DNA of 64,000 bases from Minisyncoccota bacterium (GCA_041666305.1 JBAYHD010000002.1:64684-128683), one strand, 5' to 3'; positions 11,190-21,037 are shown, counted from the stretch's first letter. A program made the numbers and translations. Notes: generated by a model not told the origin, from the letters alone.

Positions 11190-11879
11190 ATGGAACTCTG
11201 GCACGTTCTTAATCGGGGTGTTGAGGGACGCAATCTATTTCTCGATACGCAGGATTACGCTCGCTTTGTACACGATCTCTATGAATTCAACGACACCGCA
11301 TTGGCTACCAATCGCTGGCGTTCCTTTGACCTGTCAGGAATGAAAGGTTTCGTAAACCTTTCATTCCGAGAAACGCGGAACTTGCTGGTGGATGTTCATG
11401 GGTGGGTGTTGATGAAGAATCACTACCATTTGCTGTTATCAGAACGAGTCGAAGGTGGTATTAGTCTCTTTCTACGCAAGCTGAACGTAGGGTATGCCAA
11501 CTACTTCAATCAAAGATACGGACGGAAAGGAACCCTCTTCCAGGGCCGGACGAAGAAGATTTTGATTAATCGTCAGGCGCACTTTCTGTATATCCTTCAC
11601 TATATTCATCTCAACCCGCTTGATTATCTACCGGGTGCCGATGATTGGCGCATACGGAGTAAAAGCGTCATTAAGAATGCGGGTGAAGCATTCAATTTTC
11701 TTGACTCGTACCGCTGGAGCAGTTATTTAGACTATATCGGGCAAAAGAACTTCCCTTCTATTCTCAAAACTTCCCTCTTCAAAGGATCTCTCGGCGATTA
11801 TCGGGAATCGCTTCATGAGTATCTTAACGACGCCGAACAAGACAGCGATAGTAGTATGGAACAGTCGATTTTGGAATGA
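11190..11879 (+). CDS. REP-associated tyrosine transposase (RAYT, Y1/HUH family)
   Basis: HVLNRG, LMKNHYHLL (HUH), YFNxRY.RKGTLFQGR, YIHLNP (catalytic Tyr), YRWSSY; flanked by REPs. Confidence 0.9.
   Translation: MELWHVLNRGVEGRNLFLDTQDYARFVHDLYEFNDTALATNRWRSFDLSGMKGFVNLSFRETRNLLVDVHGWVLMKNHYHLLLSERVEGGISLFLRKLNVGYANYFNQRYGRKGTLFQGRTKKILINRQAHFLYILHYIHLNPLDYLPGADDWRIRSKSVIKNAGEAFNFLDSYRWSSYLDYIGQKNFPSILKTSLFKGSLGDYRESLHEYLNDAEQDSDSSMEQSILE
11337..11367. repeat. REP palindrome inside the RAYT coding sequence
   Basis: ggaatgaaaggttt-cgt-aaacctttcattcc, translated GMKGFVNLSF. Confidence 0.85.
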
Positions 11880-11901
11880 AAGGTTTCGTAAACCTTTCAT
11901 T
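11875..11901. repeat. REP palindrome overlapping the RAYT stop codon
   Basis: aatgaaaggttt-cgt-aaacctttcatt. Confidence 0.85.
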
Positions 11902-11918
11902 TCTAGCGGTCTTGAAGG

Positions 11919-13283
11919 CTATCTGTCCTGAACGAATGTGAGCGCTTTGCCCTTCATCGTGGCACGGCCAGTACGGCCGATGCGATGCACATAGTCCTCA
12001 TACGTGGACGGCAAGTCGTAATTGATGACGTGCGAGACGGCGGGAATGTCGATACCGCGGGCGGCGACGTCAGTCGCTACGAGCACGCTCACCTTCCCCG
12101 CTTTGAAGGCCTCCAGGGCGCGCTGACGCGCACCCTGCGTCTTATTGCCGTGAATGCTCTCGGCGTGGATGTGCAGGCGCGAGAGCGCCTTGGCGAGCTT
12201 CTCAACACCGAATTTTGTGCGACCGAACACCAATACGCGGCTGAACTCGCGGTCTTTGAGCATCTCTGCAAGCACGTCAAACTTGTCTTTCCCGCGCGGA
12301 ATGCGAACGACGTCTTGGTCAACGCTTGATGGCGTGTCGCGCGTCTTCACCGATATGATGACCGGACTCGTAAGGAAGTCGCCGATAAGCTTCTCAATAT
12401 CCTTCCCCATCGTTGCAGAGAAGAAAAGGGTGTGACGCTCCTTACGCATCTTCCCGAGGATGGTGCGCATATCGTCAATGAATCCCATGTCGAGCATGCG
12501 ATCCGCCTCGTCGAGGACGACCGTGCCGAAGCCGGAGAGGTTGAGCGCCTTGCGCTCAAGAAGATCTTTCAGGCGGCCGGGGGTGCCAATAACGAATGCC
12601 GGGTCGTGTTTGAGCTGGGAGATTTGCGGGCCGATGTTGGCACCGCCTACCGCGACCATGCCGCGAAAACCGAGCCCCTTCGCCATGCCGGCAAGCTCCT
12701 TTTCTATTTGCACAGCGAGTTCCCGGGTGGGCGCCATGATGAGAACACGCTCGCCTTTTTGCTTCACAACTTTGTCGATAAGCGGGATGAGGAATGCTGC
12801 GGTCTTCCCCGTGCCGGTCTCAGCAAGTCCGACGACGTCCTGACCCAAAAGCGCATGCGGAATAGCCTTGTCCTGAATAGGCGTCGGATTCTCATATTTG
12901 CGCGCGAGAATATTCGCTTTCAAATGCGCGTTGATATCGAAATCGGCGAATTTGTGCTCCGGAACGAATACCGGCTCTTCGGTCGTGACGACCGTCTTGT
13001 TCATAAATTTCGATATCTCGGCTTCGGTCTCGCCGAAGGTCCCGAACCCGCCACGGCGTGCGCCGCCAGAGCGCCCGCGATTGCCTCCGAAGCTCGGTCG
13101 GCCGCCATAACTGCCACTGCCACCACGGGACGGATACCGCGAGGCTCCCCCGCTGCGCGGCGACCTGCCCCGTGAGAAGCCGTCTGCGGCTTTCTCATGA
13201 GGATACGGACGGCTTGAACTGCCGCTTCTTGGCGCTCCTGAGGAGCTACCTCCTGACTGATGATTCCATCTTCCTATTTGCAT
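11919..13283 (-). CDS. DEAD-box RNA helicase with Gly/Arg-rich N-terminus
   Basis: Q motif PTPIQ, AETGTGKT, PTRELA, DEAD, SAT, HRIGRTGR. Confidence 0.96.
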   Translation of the reverse strand: MQIGRWNHQSGGSSSGAPRSGSSSRPYPHEKAADGFSRGRSPRSGGASRYPSRGGSGSYGGRPSFGGNRGRSGGARRGGFGTFGETEAEISKFMNKTVVTTEEPVFVPEHKFADFDINAHLKANILARKYENPTPIQDKAIPHALLGQDVVGLAETGTGKTAAFLIPLIDKVVKQKGERVLIMAPTRELAVQIEKELAGMAKGLGFRGMVAVGGANIGPQISQLKHDPAFVIGTPGRLKDLLERKALNLSGFGTVVLDEADRMLDMGFIDDMRTILGKMRKERHTLFFSATMGKDIEKLIGDFLTSPVIISVKTRDTPSSVDQDVVRIPRGKDKFDVLAEMLKDREFSRVLVFGRTKFGVEKLAKALSRLHIHAESIHGNKTQGARQRALEAFKAGKVSVLVATDVAARGIDIPAVSHVINYDLPSTYEDYVHRIGRTGRATMKGKALTFVQDR

Positions 13284-13361
13284 GTGATATATGTGATGAA
13301 TTAATACGAACAGACATAAGGCGGTAAGCCTCTTGGTAGGTCTTGTTCTCGAAAAGCGAAC

Positions 13362-13679
13362 TTACGAAATGGAGTCGATTTTGACCTTCAAAATCGGTTG
13401 GCGATGGCCTTTGCGCTTAAAGTAACGGCTCTTCGGCTTGTACTTCACCACCTCAATCTTTTTATCCAATCCGGCGAGAACAACGGTGCCCTTGACCTCC
13501 GCGCCCTTGATGAGTGGCGCGCCGATGGTCGTGTCCGAGCCGTTGTCCACGAGGAGCACCTCGCCAAAGACAACCGTGTCACCCTTCTTCAAATCCCCCG
13601 GGAGCTTCTCAATAGCGATAGTGTCGCCTTTTGAGACGACATACTGCTTCCCGCCGGTCTTGATTACGGCCACTTCCAT
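13362..13679 (-). CDS. rplU: 50S ribosomal protein L21
   Basis: AVIKTGGKQY, GHRQP. Confidence 0.97.
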   Translation of the reverse strand: MEVAVIKTGGKQYVVSKGDTIAIEKLPGDLKKGDTVVFGEVLLVDNGSDTTIGAPLIKGAEVKGTVVLAGLDKKIEVVKYKPKSRYFKRKGHRQPILKVKIDSIS

Positions 13680-13718
13680 AGTCCGTGCAATATAGCACTT
13701 CTCTATATAAAAGACAAG

Positions 13719-14000
13719 TTATGCGGAATAGAACATTTTATATAAAATATAAGGAACGAGAACAAGGCAAACTAAAATAATCAGTACATTATCAAAAATT
13801 TTACTATTCCTTTCTTTTAATCTTGCTCCACCAGAACCAAAAAGAAACAAAAAGATTAGAAAGAAGTATTCTCCTATGATCGCTCGCCCTGGCAATGGTT
13901 CACCGTGGTCAAGAGCTCTCAATGTCGGAAATATGTAAATGATATAAGTAATTCCAGCGACACCCACAATCATCATTATCCAAGCAATTGTTTTGCGCAT
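13719..14000 (-). CDS. Small AT-rich membrane protein
   Basis: Three hydrophobic segments; lower GC than flanks. Confidence 0.6.
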   Translation of the reverse strand: MRKTIAWIMMIVGVAGITYIIYIFPTLRALDHGEPLPGRAIIGEYFFLIFLFLFGSGGARLKERNSKIFDNVLIILVCLVLVPYILYKMFYSA

Positions 14001-14018
14001 ATGACCTAAGTATACAAC

Positions 14019-15074
14019 CTATTCTTCAGACGCTAGTGGTTTATCTAACAACTCGGGCTCGATGCCGATTTTGCTCTCGGCGATGCGGTAGACATCCTTG
14101 TCTATTTTGCCGAGCTCTTTATAGCCGGCATTGTAGTGGCTAACCGAGGTCCCAAGCGAGACCCCGAGCTTTTTATAGAACTGTTCATACGAGGCGACAT
14201 GCTTCCCCAGCTCCCCCACTCTCTGCTGTATTTCTACCGCTTTCTTCTCTATTTGAAGCGCCTTGAGCCCCTGCATGACCGTCTGGAGGTAGGCGAGGAA
14301 TGAGGTCGGCGACACGATGATAACTTTATATTTGCTCGACGCGCGCTGAATGAGATTCTCTTCCTCCCCACCGCCGACCTGATTGGTCAAAAGATCGTAA
14401 TAAATGCCCTCGGAAGGAATGAACATAAAAGCGAAGTCCATCGTGTTCTCTTCAGGACGAATGTATTTGGCGGTTTCCGCGATGCGGAGCTTGAGGTCAT
14501 TCACGAACGCTTTTTCAGCAGTGACGCGTTCCGGACTGCCCACTTGGGTGCTCACGAAGCGGTTGTAGTTGTCGAGCGAAAATTTGGAGTCTATTGGAAC
14601 GATTTTGTCGTTCACGAAGACGGCGGCGTCCACTATCTCGCCATTCTTGAAGGGGTACTGGATTTGATACATTCCCGGCGGAAGCACATTCTTGAGTACG
14701 GTTTCCAAATAATACTCGCCGAGGATGCCGCGCTGTTTCGGATTTTTCAGCAAGTCTTGGAGCGACTGGAGCTGTTCGGCAAAGCTCTGCGTCTGACGCC
14801 CAATCTCTTTCACCGAGGTCACCTCCTGTGTGATTTCTTTGATAAGCCGCGAAGATTCGGTGAATTGGCGATGAGAATGTTCCTGCATCGCTCGAGACGA
14901 TTCAGTGACGCGTGCATCGAGAGTTCGTTCAAGATTTTGTAGTTGCTGTTGCAAAAGTACCATCGCACCTCCGTCCTCGGATTTGGCTGTTCGTTTGAGC
15001 GTGTACAGCACCCACGCAAATCCGCCGACGAGAACGATAAGCAAAAGCACTATGAGCAGTGTGGCCGATTCCAT
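14019..15074 (-). CDS. rmuC: DNA recombination protein RmuC
   Basis: N-terminal TM, coiled coil, KQRGILGE, VPIDSKF, FAFMFIPSEGIY, VSPTS. Confidence 0.92.
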   Translation of the reverse strand: MESATLLIVLLLIVLVGGFAWVLYTLKRTAKSEDGGAMVLLQQQLQNLERTLDARVTESSRAMQEHSHRQFTESSRLIKEITQEVTSVKEIGRQTQSFAEQLQSLQDLLKNPKQRGILGEYYLETVLKNVLPPGMYQIQYPFKNGEIVDAAVFVNDKIVPIDSKFSLDNYNRFVSTQVGSPERVTAEKAFVNDLKLRIAETAKYIRPEENTMDFAFMFIPSEGIYYDLLTNQVGGGEEENLIQRASSKYKVIIVSPTSFLAYLQTVMQGLKALQIEKKAVEIQQRVGELGKHVASYEQFYKKLGVSLGTSVSHYNAGYKELGKIDKDVYRIAESKIGIEPELLDKPLASEE

Positions 15075-15086
15075 GTCTGTAGTATA

Positions 15087-15117
15087 CCCTGTACTAGAGC
15101 AAAGCTTCAGTACGGGG
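15087..15117. repeat. 31-bp palindromic element abutting the rmuC -10 box
   Basis: ccctgtactagagcaaagcttcagtacgggg; related copy at 42899-42929. Confidence 0.7.
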
Positions 15118-15320
15118 ATACCTCCTGCTTCTTTATCCACACATGACATTGCAGATGTGATGCTACAATTCATTCGAAGAGGTAGTCGAGTCCTGTTTTA
15201 AGGTTAACAACACTCCTCTCATCAGCGCCCGGGCACCCGTGTGTCCAGAATCCGATTCTGGACACATTTTCGTTTTTTCGACCCGGCATACATTACAATG
15301 TGCGCGTAACTAGAACGACT

Positions 15321-15632
15321 ATGATCGAACGTATTTCAAATTTTTGCCCTCTCCAAGCCACGACGTCAGTTTCATCATACGCAGACCCTCGGAGCGATTT
15401 CGAACGCTTGAGCAAGCTTACCTTCCATGTGGAAAGCGGCGACTACTTCCGCTCTCTCGCGGCGCTTCTTGGATTCGTTGAAGAGACACTCGTATCGGAA
15501 GATACGGATGAGTCTAAACTCATCCAGCTTGAGGCCGTGAGAGCATCGCGAAAAGACCTGCTCTACCTCGATGGTCACTGCTCGATAGAGATACGGCCCC
15601 TGCAATGCTCGTGTGCTACACTTTCTGCATGA
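15321..15632 (+). CDS. Hypothetical protein
   Basis: ORF overlapping the yqeY start; core FHVESGDYFRSLAALL...DLLYL; start uncertain. Confidence 0.5.
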   Translation: MIERISNFCPLQATTSVSSYADPRSDFERLSKLTFHVESGDYFRSLAALLGFVEETLVSEDTDESKLIQLEAVRASRKDLLYLDGHCSIEIRPLQCSCATLSA

Positions 15633-16087
15633 GCACTCACGAAACCCTGAAAAAATCCATCCCCGAGGCGCTCCGTGCCCATGACGAAGTGCGGCTCAGA
15701 ACGCTCCGTTCACTGGTCACCGCGATGACCAACGAGGTCGTCGCAAAAAAGCGCAAACCCGACGAATACCTCACCGACGATGAGGCATTGGCGGTACTTA
15801 AGCGCGCTGCCAGCCAGCGCAAAGACTCTATCGAGCAATTTGAAAAGGCTTCCCGTAATGACCTTGCCGAACCCGAGAAGCTCGAGCTCGCTATCATCGA
15901 ATCGTATCTCCCCCAAATGATGAGCCGGGAGGAAATTATGCCTATCGCTCAGGCGAAAATGGCTGAAATGGGCATCACCTCCAAAGCCGATGCCGGCAAA
16001 TTCACCGGTACGCTCATGAAAGAACTCAAAGGCAGGGCCGATGGCGGGGACGTCAAGGCGGTTGTGGATTTCCTTTTTGCGCAGTGA
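15629..16087 (+). CDS. yqeY: GatB/YqeY domain protein
   Basis: QRKDSIEQF, ELAIIESYLPQ, KGRADG. Confidence 0.92.
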   Translation: MSTHETLKKSIPEALRAHDEVRLRTLRSLVTAMTNEVVAKKRKPDEYLTDDEALAVLKRAASQRKDSIEQFEKASRNDLAEPEKLELAIIESYLPQMMSREEIMPIAQAKMAEMGITSKADAGKFTGTLMKELKGRADGGDVKAVVDFLFAQ

Positions 16088-16129
16088 GGGCTGTTGACGG
16101 GATAGCTAAATCTCTGTCATACTCTAGCT

Positions 16130-16402
16130 ATGTCCAACCCTTTTGAAGGAGCACACATGGACAAAGGCAAACAACCAGACCTACAAGAGGTCCTGAAAAG
16201 AGCCGCTGCGTCCCGAGAAGCATTCAAGCAGAGGCATCCGGAGTTTATCGTTGAAAAAAAACCGGATATCATGCCGCCTCCACCGACTACCGAAGCGGCT
16301 TCTCGACAAGTCAGCAAAGCGGAAAAGAAAAAACGAGTTGATCCCGATGCGGCAGCGCATGATTTCCATCAGCGCCGCCTGCTCGGCAAAGACTTCGAGT
16401 GA
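16130..16402 (+). CDS. Small hypothetical protein
   Basis: ORF with TTGACG/CATACT promoter 6 nt before ATG and a terminator after it. Confidence 0.55.
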   Translation: MSNPFEGAHMDKGKQPDLQEVLKRAAASREAFKQRHPEFIVEKKPDIMPPPPTTEAASRQVSKAEKKKRVDPDAAAHDFHQRRLLGKDFE

Positions 16403-16420
16403 CTTCCCTGCAAAAGGGAC

Positions 16421-16448
16421 AAGGCCGGTACTCGTACCGGCCTTTTTT
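16421..16448 (+). terminator. Intrinsic terminator
   Basis: aaggccggtac-tc-gtaccggcctt followed by a T tract. Confidence 0.75.
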
Positions 16449-16459
16449 ATTGCATTCTT

Positions 16460-16876
16460 TTATGGACAGGGAACTTTTCCGGCGTTGAGTATTTCCAAAA
16501 CCTTATCTACCACTCCTTCCACCTTCCAATCCGCTTTCACCATAAAAAATGAAGGGCCGAGTTCGGCGATGTGCTTTATCTGCGCATCTTCATCCGCGCT
16601 CAAATTAGTGAGGATGACCACCGGCACGCATTTTCCCCAGTCGTCTTTCTGGCGCAACTGCTCAAGCATTTCCCAGCCATCCATCATCGGCATCAAAATA
16701 TCGAGCAATATAAGGTCGGGGCGCTCCTGAAGTGCGATGACGATGCCGCTGACGCCGTTTTTCGCCTCCAGCACCGTGAGACCGGCGCCGGTGAGCACAG
16801 TATTAAGCGCTTTGAGCGTCGCTTCGTCATCTTCCACCACGAGCACTTTTTTCTTTGCAGGTTCTAGTGTTGGCAT
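16460..16876 (-). CDS. Single-domain response regulator (REC)
   Basis: VLVVEDD, PDLILLDILMPMMDG, VILTN, K. Confidence 0.92.
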   Translation of the reverse strand: MPTLEPAKKKVLVVEDDEATLKALNTVLTGAGLTVLEAKNGVSGIVIALQERPDLILLDILMPMMDGWEMLEQLRQKDDWGKCVPVVILTNLSADEDAQIKHIAELGPSFFMVKADWKVEGVVDKVLEILNAGKVPCP

Positions 16877-16883
16877 AGGACTA

Positions 16884-19238
16884 TTATACCAGCCTTTTCC
16901 CGTCCATTGGAAGCATCACATAGAACGTTGTCCCTTTGCCTTCCTTCGAAATGAACCAGATCGAGCCGCCGATGATATCCACCATAATTTGAGACATGTA
17001 GAGACCGAGTCCGTTGCCATTGGGGTCTAGCTTTTTTGCATTTTCGGAACGGAAAAATTTCGTGAATATCTTATCCTGATCCGCTGCTGGTATACCGATA
17101 CCGTTGTCTTGCACAGAGACCAAGAGAGAATCCGCGTGTGCGGTTTTCCCGGCAACAACGCTTCCTTTGTCTACGGTTTCAAGTGCAACGAGTATCTGAC
17201 CGCCCTTTGATGAATATTTGATGGCATTACTGACGAAGTTCTGAGTGATGACCCGTACGAGATCCGCATCGGTGGTAACGGCCGGTATAGACTTCTGATA
17301 CCGCTCTATGACCCGAATATCTTTTTTCTCCGCATTCAGATGTAGTTCCGCCAGCACTGATTTTGCAACAAGGGTGAGATCGGTAGAGACAAGATTTTTT
17401 GTTTGTGTGCCCGATTCGATGCGCAGAATGTGCAGGAAGGATTTGATAATCTCGTTCATTTGTCGGCCGGCTTGATATATCTCATCGAAATATTCTTTCT
17501 GCTTCTTGTTTAGTTTCCCTGCGTCATCGTCAAGAAGCATCTCCGCGTACCAATTAACGACGGTCAGCGGGGTGCGCAATTGGTGCGACGCGAGCGATAT
17601 GAACTCGCTCTTCGCCGTATCTATCTCTTTTTCTCGCGTGATGTCCCGCTCCAGACCGACGAAGAAGATGATGTTCCCAGCGTCATCCATCACCGGCGAC
17701 ACGTTTATCATCGCGGTGTAGATCTCGCCATTTTTCCGTTTATTTTGTATTTCGCCGATAAAGGTCGTCTTGAGGTCCTTAATGGTATGCCAGAAGTTCT
17801 GATAATACTCTTTCGGCATCGGCTGTTTCCACAACGCTCCGGCCTTCTTCCCGAGAGCATCTTCTGCCCTATAGCCGGTAATTCGTTCCACGGCCGCGTT
17901 TGCATACACCACCATTCCCTCAGGATCAGAAATGATAACTTGATCTGAGGTGTCGTCCAGCGCCAATTTAAATTTCTTAAGATCGTTCGCGAGTGATTCA
18001 GCCCTTGTTTTTTCTTCGGCGAGCTTTTCTTCCTCCGTTTTCAGGTCTGCCGCGATATTGAGCGCAGCTTTTTCGCTATTTTTTGCCTCCTCCGTCTTTT
18101 CCGTGAGCGCCTTGGTCCGCTCCAAGACCTTCTTTTCAAGCGTCGCATACGCATCCTGAAGCCGCTCGATCATCGTATTCAGCGTGGCGGCAAGTATCCC
18201 CACCTCGTCTTTAGACGTCACCACGATGCTTTGTTGCGTGGCTCCTTGTGAGATTTTGCTCGCAAATTCAGTGACCTTGTTGATGGGACCGGTAATGGAG
18301 CGCGACATAGAAATGCCGATGAACACCATGAGCACGCCGACCATTGCTATAATAAAGAAGAATAACTCGCGCAATCTGACCACCGGCGCAAATGCTTCTG
18401 ACTTGTCTATTTTGACGACGATGCCCCAGCCGACGCTCGGGATGTATCGCGTTGCCGCAAACACTTTCACTCCGCGATAGTCCACAACATTATTGAAAAC
18501 GGCTTCCTCTCCTGCAACCGCATGTACTGAAGGAACATTTGTCTTGTCCGCGGTGACTACCCGCTCGAGCGCCGCACTGGGATCATAGCGGGTTGAGGTG
18601 AGAAATAGCGCGTTATTCCCACTCATCTTTTGCACGATGAGCGTCTCGCCGGTCTTACCCAACCCGGTAAAGTCATGCGCAACATCAACGATGTCATTGG
18701 CATCCGTCACCACTGCCATCACCCCTTCGGTCTTCCCGTTTGAAATGAGCGGACCGACAAGGTATTGCGACACGATGCCGGCGGCATCCTTCTCCAAAAT
18801 CGATTCGTCATTCGCGAGTACGCCGCGCTTGAAATAATCTTCATTCTCCTTATCAGTGCCTAGAAGCGCCGAGTCGGTTGAAGCGATAACGGCACCATCG
18901 AGCGTCATCACAAAGAGCTTCTTGATGCCCAAGGACCTCCCTGGTGCTTCAATCAAATCTTGGATTCTTTTTTTATTCGCGAGCGTCGGTTGCGCGTTAT
19001 AATCCCGCACATATGCGGTCAGCCAGGGGCTCTTGGTAAATAATTGTAAGATATCCAGCTTGTTCTGAAGGGTGTCCTGTAATCGATTCTTTTGTATAGC
19101 GGCGATTGCATCCAAATTTGAATACGTTTGACTGTTGATCTGCTCCTGCGAACTAAGGTACGCCAGGAAGCCGCCCAGTGCCCAGGGTATGAGCGATACT
19201 TGCAAGATGGTGAGGACGATCTTGGTGTTCAGTTTCAT
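16884..19238 (-). CDS. Sensor histidine kinase (Cache-HAMP-PAS-HisKA-HATPase)
   Basis: Two TM helices around an extracellular domain, DEVGILA HAMP, PAS (NAAVERITGY), ASHQLRTPL, NAIKYS, DNGIGI, GLGL. Confidence 0.95.
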   Translation of the reverse strand: MKLNTKIVLTILQVSLIPWALGGFLAYLSSQEQINSQTYSNLDAIAAIQKNRLQDTLQNKLDILQLFTKSPWLTAYVRDYNAQPTLANKKRIQDLIEAPGRSLGIKKLFVMTLDGAVIASTDSALLGTDKENEDYFKRGVLANDESILEKDAAGIVSQYLVGPLISNGKTEGVMAVVTDANDIVDVAHDFTGLGKTGETLIVQKMSGNNALFLTSTRYDPSAALERVVTADKTNVPSVHAVAGEEAVFNNVVDYRGVKVFAATRYIPSVGWGIVVKIDKSEAFAPVVRLRELFFFIIAMVGVLMVFIGISMSRSITGPINKVTEFASKISQGATQQSIVVTSKDEVGILAATLNTMIERLQDAYATLEKKVLERTKALTEKTEEAKNSEKAALNIAADLKTEEEKLAEEKTRAESLANDLKKFKLALDDTSDQVIISDPEGMVVYANAAVERITGYRAEDALGKKAGALWKQPMPKEYYQNFWHTIKDLKTTFIGEIQNKRKNGEIYTAMINVSPVMDDAGNIIFFVGLERDITREKEIDTAKSEFISLASHQLRTPLTVVNWYAEMLLDDDAGKLNKKQKEYFDEIYQAGRQMNEIIKSFLHILRIESGTQTKNLVSTDLTLVAKSVLAELHLNAEKKDIRVIERYQKSIPAVTTDADLVRVITQNFVSNAIKYSSKGGQILVALETVDKGSVVAGKTAHADSLLVSVQDNGIGIPAADQDKIFTKFFRSENAKKLDPNGNGLGLYMSQIMVDIIGGSIWFISKEGKGTTFYVMLPMDGKRLV

Positions 19239-19876
19239 TGGCTTTCTTCAGGATTCAGTATCCTCGTCAGGCCAAACCCGAGTACGATGAAACACGCCGC
19301 GGTGTTGAACGCCATCGGCACCGAATTGGCTGTGAATTCGTAATAGAGCTCGGGCAAGCTGAACATATATCCGATCACCGCAAAGCATCCGGTGAGGAGA
19401 ATGAAATATCCGGCGTAGCGGATGGACCGTTCGCGAAAGGCGCCAGCAAACAGCGCATCAATGCCCAGCAAAGCGAAAAGTGCGAAGCCAAACAATGTCG
19501 GCAAAGATGGCCAGCCCTCTATGGAAACAGCATTAGATAAATTGATGGGGCCAGCGGATTGAACAAATAACTCCTCTATCCCCGTCGGAGTACCGAGGAT
19601 CCAACTGACGAGAAGGGTCATCGTAATGAGGAAAATGACAAGAGCAATGCCCGGCAGCATCACGCGCGCGAGCTCATTTTCCTTTTCAATAGATAACGCC
19701 ATGGCATGCAAGCCCAGCGCACTGAAAAAGAAAAGAACGGCAGTGATGAATTTCATATTGATGCCGATCGGTATCAGTCGCGTCATCCACTCTACACCGA
19801 AGATCCAACCCGTCATCACAACGACGGATTCCGTGATGAGCACTCCTGCTACGATCTTCGTGGTGAGGTAGCGCAT
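19235..19876 (-). CDS. Multi-pass membrane protein resembling a stand-alone membrane sensor module
   Basis: About 6 TM helices, MKFITAVLF and MAFNTAACF repeats; overlaps the kinase start. Confidence 0.7.
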   Translation of the reverse strand: MRYLTTKIVAGVLITESVVVMTGWIFGVEWMTRLIPIGINMKFITAVLFFFSALGLHAMALSIEKENELARVMLPGIALVIFLITMTLLVSWILGTPTGIEELFVQSAGPINLSNAVSIEGWPSLPTLFGFALFALLGIDALFAGAFRERSIRYAGYFILLTGCFAVIGYMFSLPELYYEFTANSVPMAFNTAACFIVLGFGLTRILNPEESQ

Positions 19877-19883
19877 AGGTGCA

Positions 19884-20651
19884 TTATCGCACAGATGCCT
19901 CAAGTTTTTGCTTTAATTCTTCTATTTCATCCTTCAATTCCACCATCTTCAATTCGCGCCCTATCATTAATTCGTTGGCCCGTTCGAGATCGGTGACTTT
20001 TTCCTGCAATTCTCGTTCCCTCCTCTTGCGTTCAGTAATGTCTCTTGACACGCCGATAACACCCGTGATCTCTCCGGTATCACTCCGTATCGGTGTCACT
20101 ATTTCAAAGCAATATTCATTCACCGACCCCTCTTTGGTGTGGTGTACTTCTATAGAAACAGTCTTTCCATTCAGCGCCGAGTTGAACGCTTCTTTAAATT
20201 CAGTCTGGCTTTCAGGAGCGAGAGCTTCAATGAAGTTATGCCGCTTGGCATCCTCAACATCCTTGTAATGATGCTCCGCGAGCCCTCCTTTGTTTATGAA
20301 CGAGAGATTTCCTTTTGTGTCAAAAAGTTTGATGCAGTCGGGCGAGTTTTGCGCTAGTGCGGTGAACAATACATTTTCAACGGACAACACTTTATTTCTT
20401 TCAGATTCTTCCATATTTTTCCGGACCAGCGGCTTGAAAGCGAAGTAGTATAAGATCGGATACTCAATGAGCGTTAGCAACAGTGCATCAATGAAATTTT
20501 CCAGTGGTTGTATCGGCGGCAGATAGAACTGTATCAAAAACATAATGCCGAACTCCACAACGAAAATACTGACCAAAAGGACTATCAATAATCTGACAGG
20601 ATCAGAACTGAAAGGGACTCGTATCTTTTTTTCTTTTGGCGCCTCGTCCAT
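19884..20651 (-). CDS. Membrane-anchored PAS protein with C-terminal coiled coil and no kinase domain
   Basis: 2 TM helices, SPDCIKLFD...FINKGG PAS, GVSRDITERK, ANELMIGRELKMVELK. Confidence 0.85.
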   Translation of the reverse strand: MDEAPKEKKIRVPFSSDPVRLLIVLLVSIFVVEFGIMFLIQFYLPPIQPLENFIDALLLTLIEYPILYYFAFKPLVRKNMEESERNKVLSVENVLFTALAQNSPDCIKLFDTKGNLSFINKGGLAEHHYKDVEDAKRHNFIEALAPESQTEFKEAFNSALNGKTVSIEVHHTKEGSVNEYCFEIVTPIRSDTGEITGVIGVSRDITERKRRERELQEKVTDLERANELMIGRELKMVELKDEIEELKQKLEASVR

Positions 20652-20665
20652 AGTGCGGGAGGCGC

Positions 20666-21037
20666 TTACTTGGCCTGCAGAAGAACGTTCTTTATTTTCT
20701 CAATGATCTCGTTGATAGGATGCTCTGACTTCACATAATAGTCGGCGGCGCCGAGCTGAAGCGAGCGTTTGATGTCGCTGTCTTCACCCAAATTGGAGAC
20801 GACGATGACCGGTATCACTTTCAGCTCCTCATCCTTCTTCAGCGCCTCAAGAACCTCAAAGCCGTTTTTCTTAGGTAACAGAAGGTCAAGTACTATGACA
20901 TCGGGCTTGAAACTTGCGGTAGAAACGAGGGCAGCTTCGCCGTCGCTCGCTACCTGAACTTCATAGCCGGATTTTTCCAATTTCTCTTGAAAAACTTTTG
21001 CGAGCACCTCCTCGTCTTCAACAATTAGGACTTTCAT
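20666..21037 (-). CDS. Single-domain response regulator (REC)
   Basis: VLIVEDE, VLDLLLPKKNG, VVSN, GAADYYVK. Confidence 0.93.
   Translation of the reverse strand: MKVLIVEDEEVLAKVFQEKLEKSGYEVQVASDGEAALVSTASFKPDVIVLDLLLPKKNGFEVLEALKKDEELKVIPVIVVSNLGEDSDIKRSLQLGAADYYVKSEHPINEIIEKIKNVLLQAK

Noticed and set aside
15133-15141. DnaA box as a sign of oriC
   Set aside because: Isolated boxes only (here and 35498); no cluster and no dnaA or dnaN in the window
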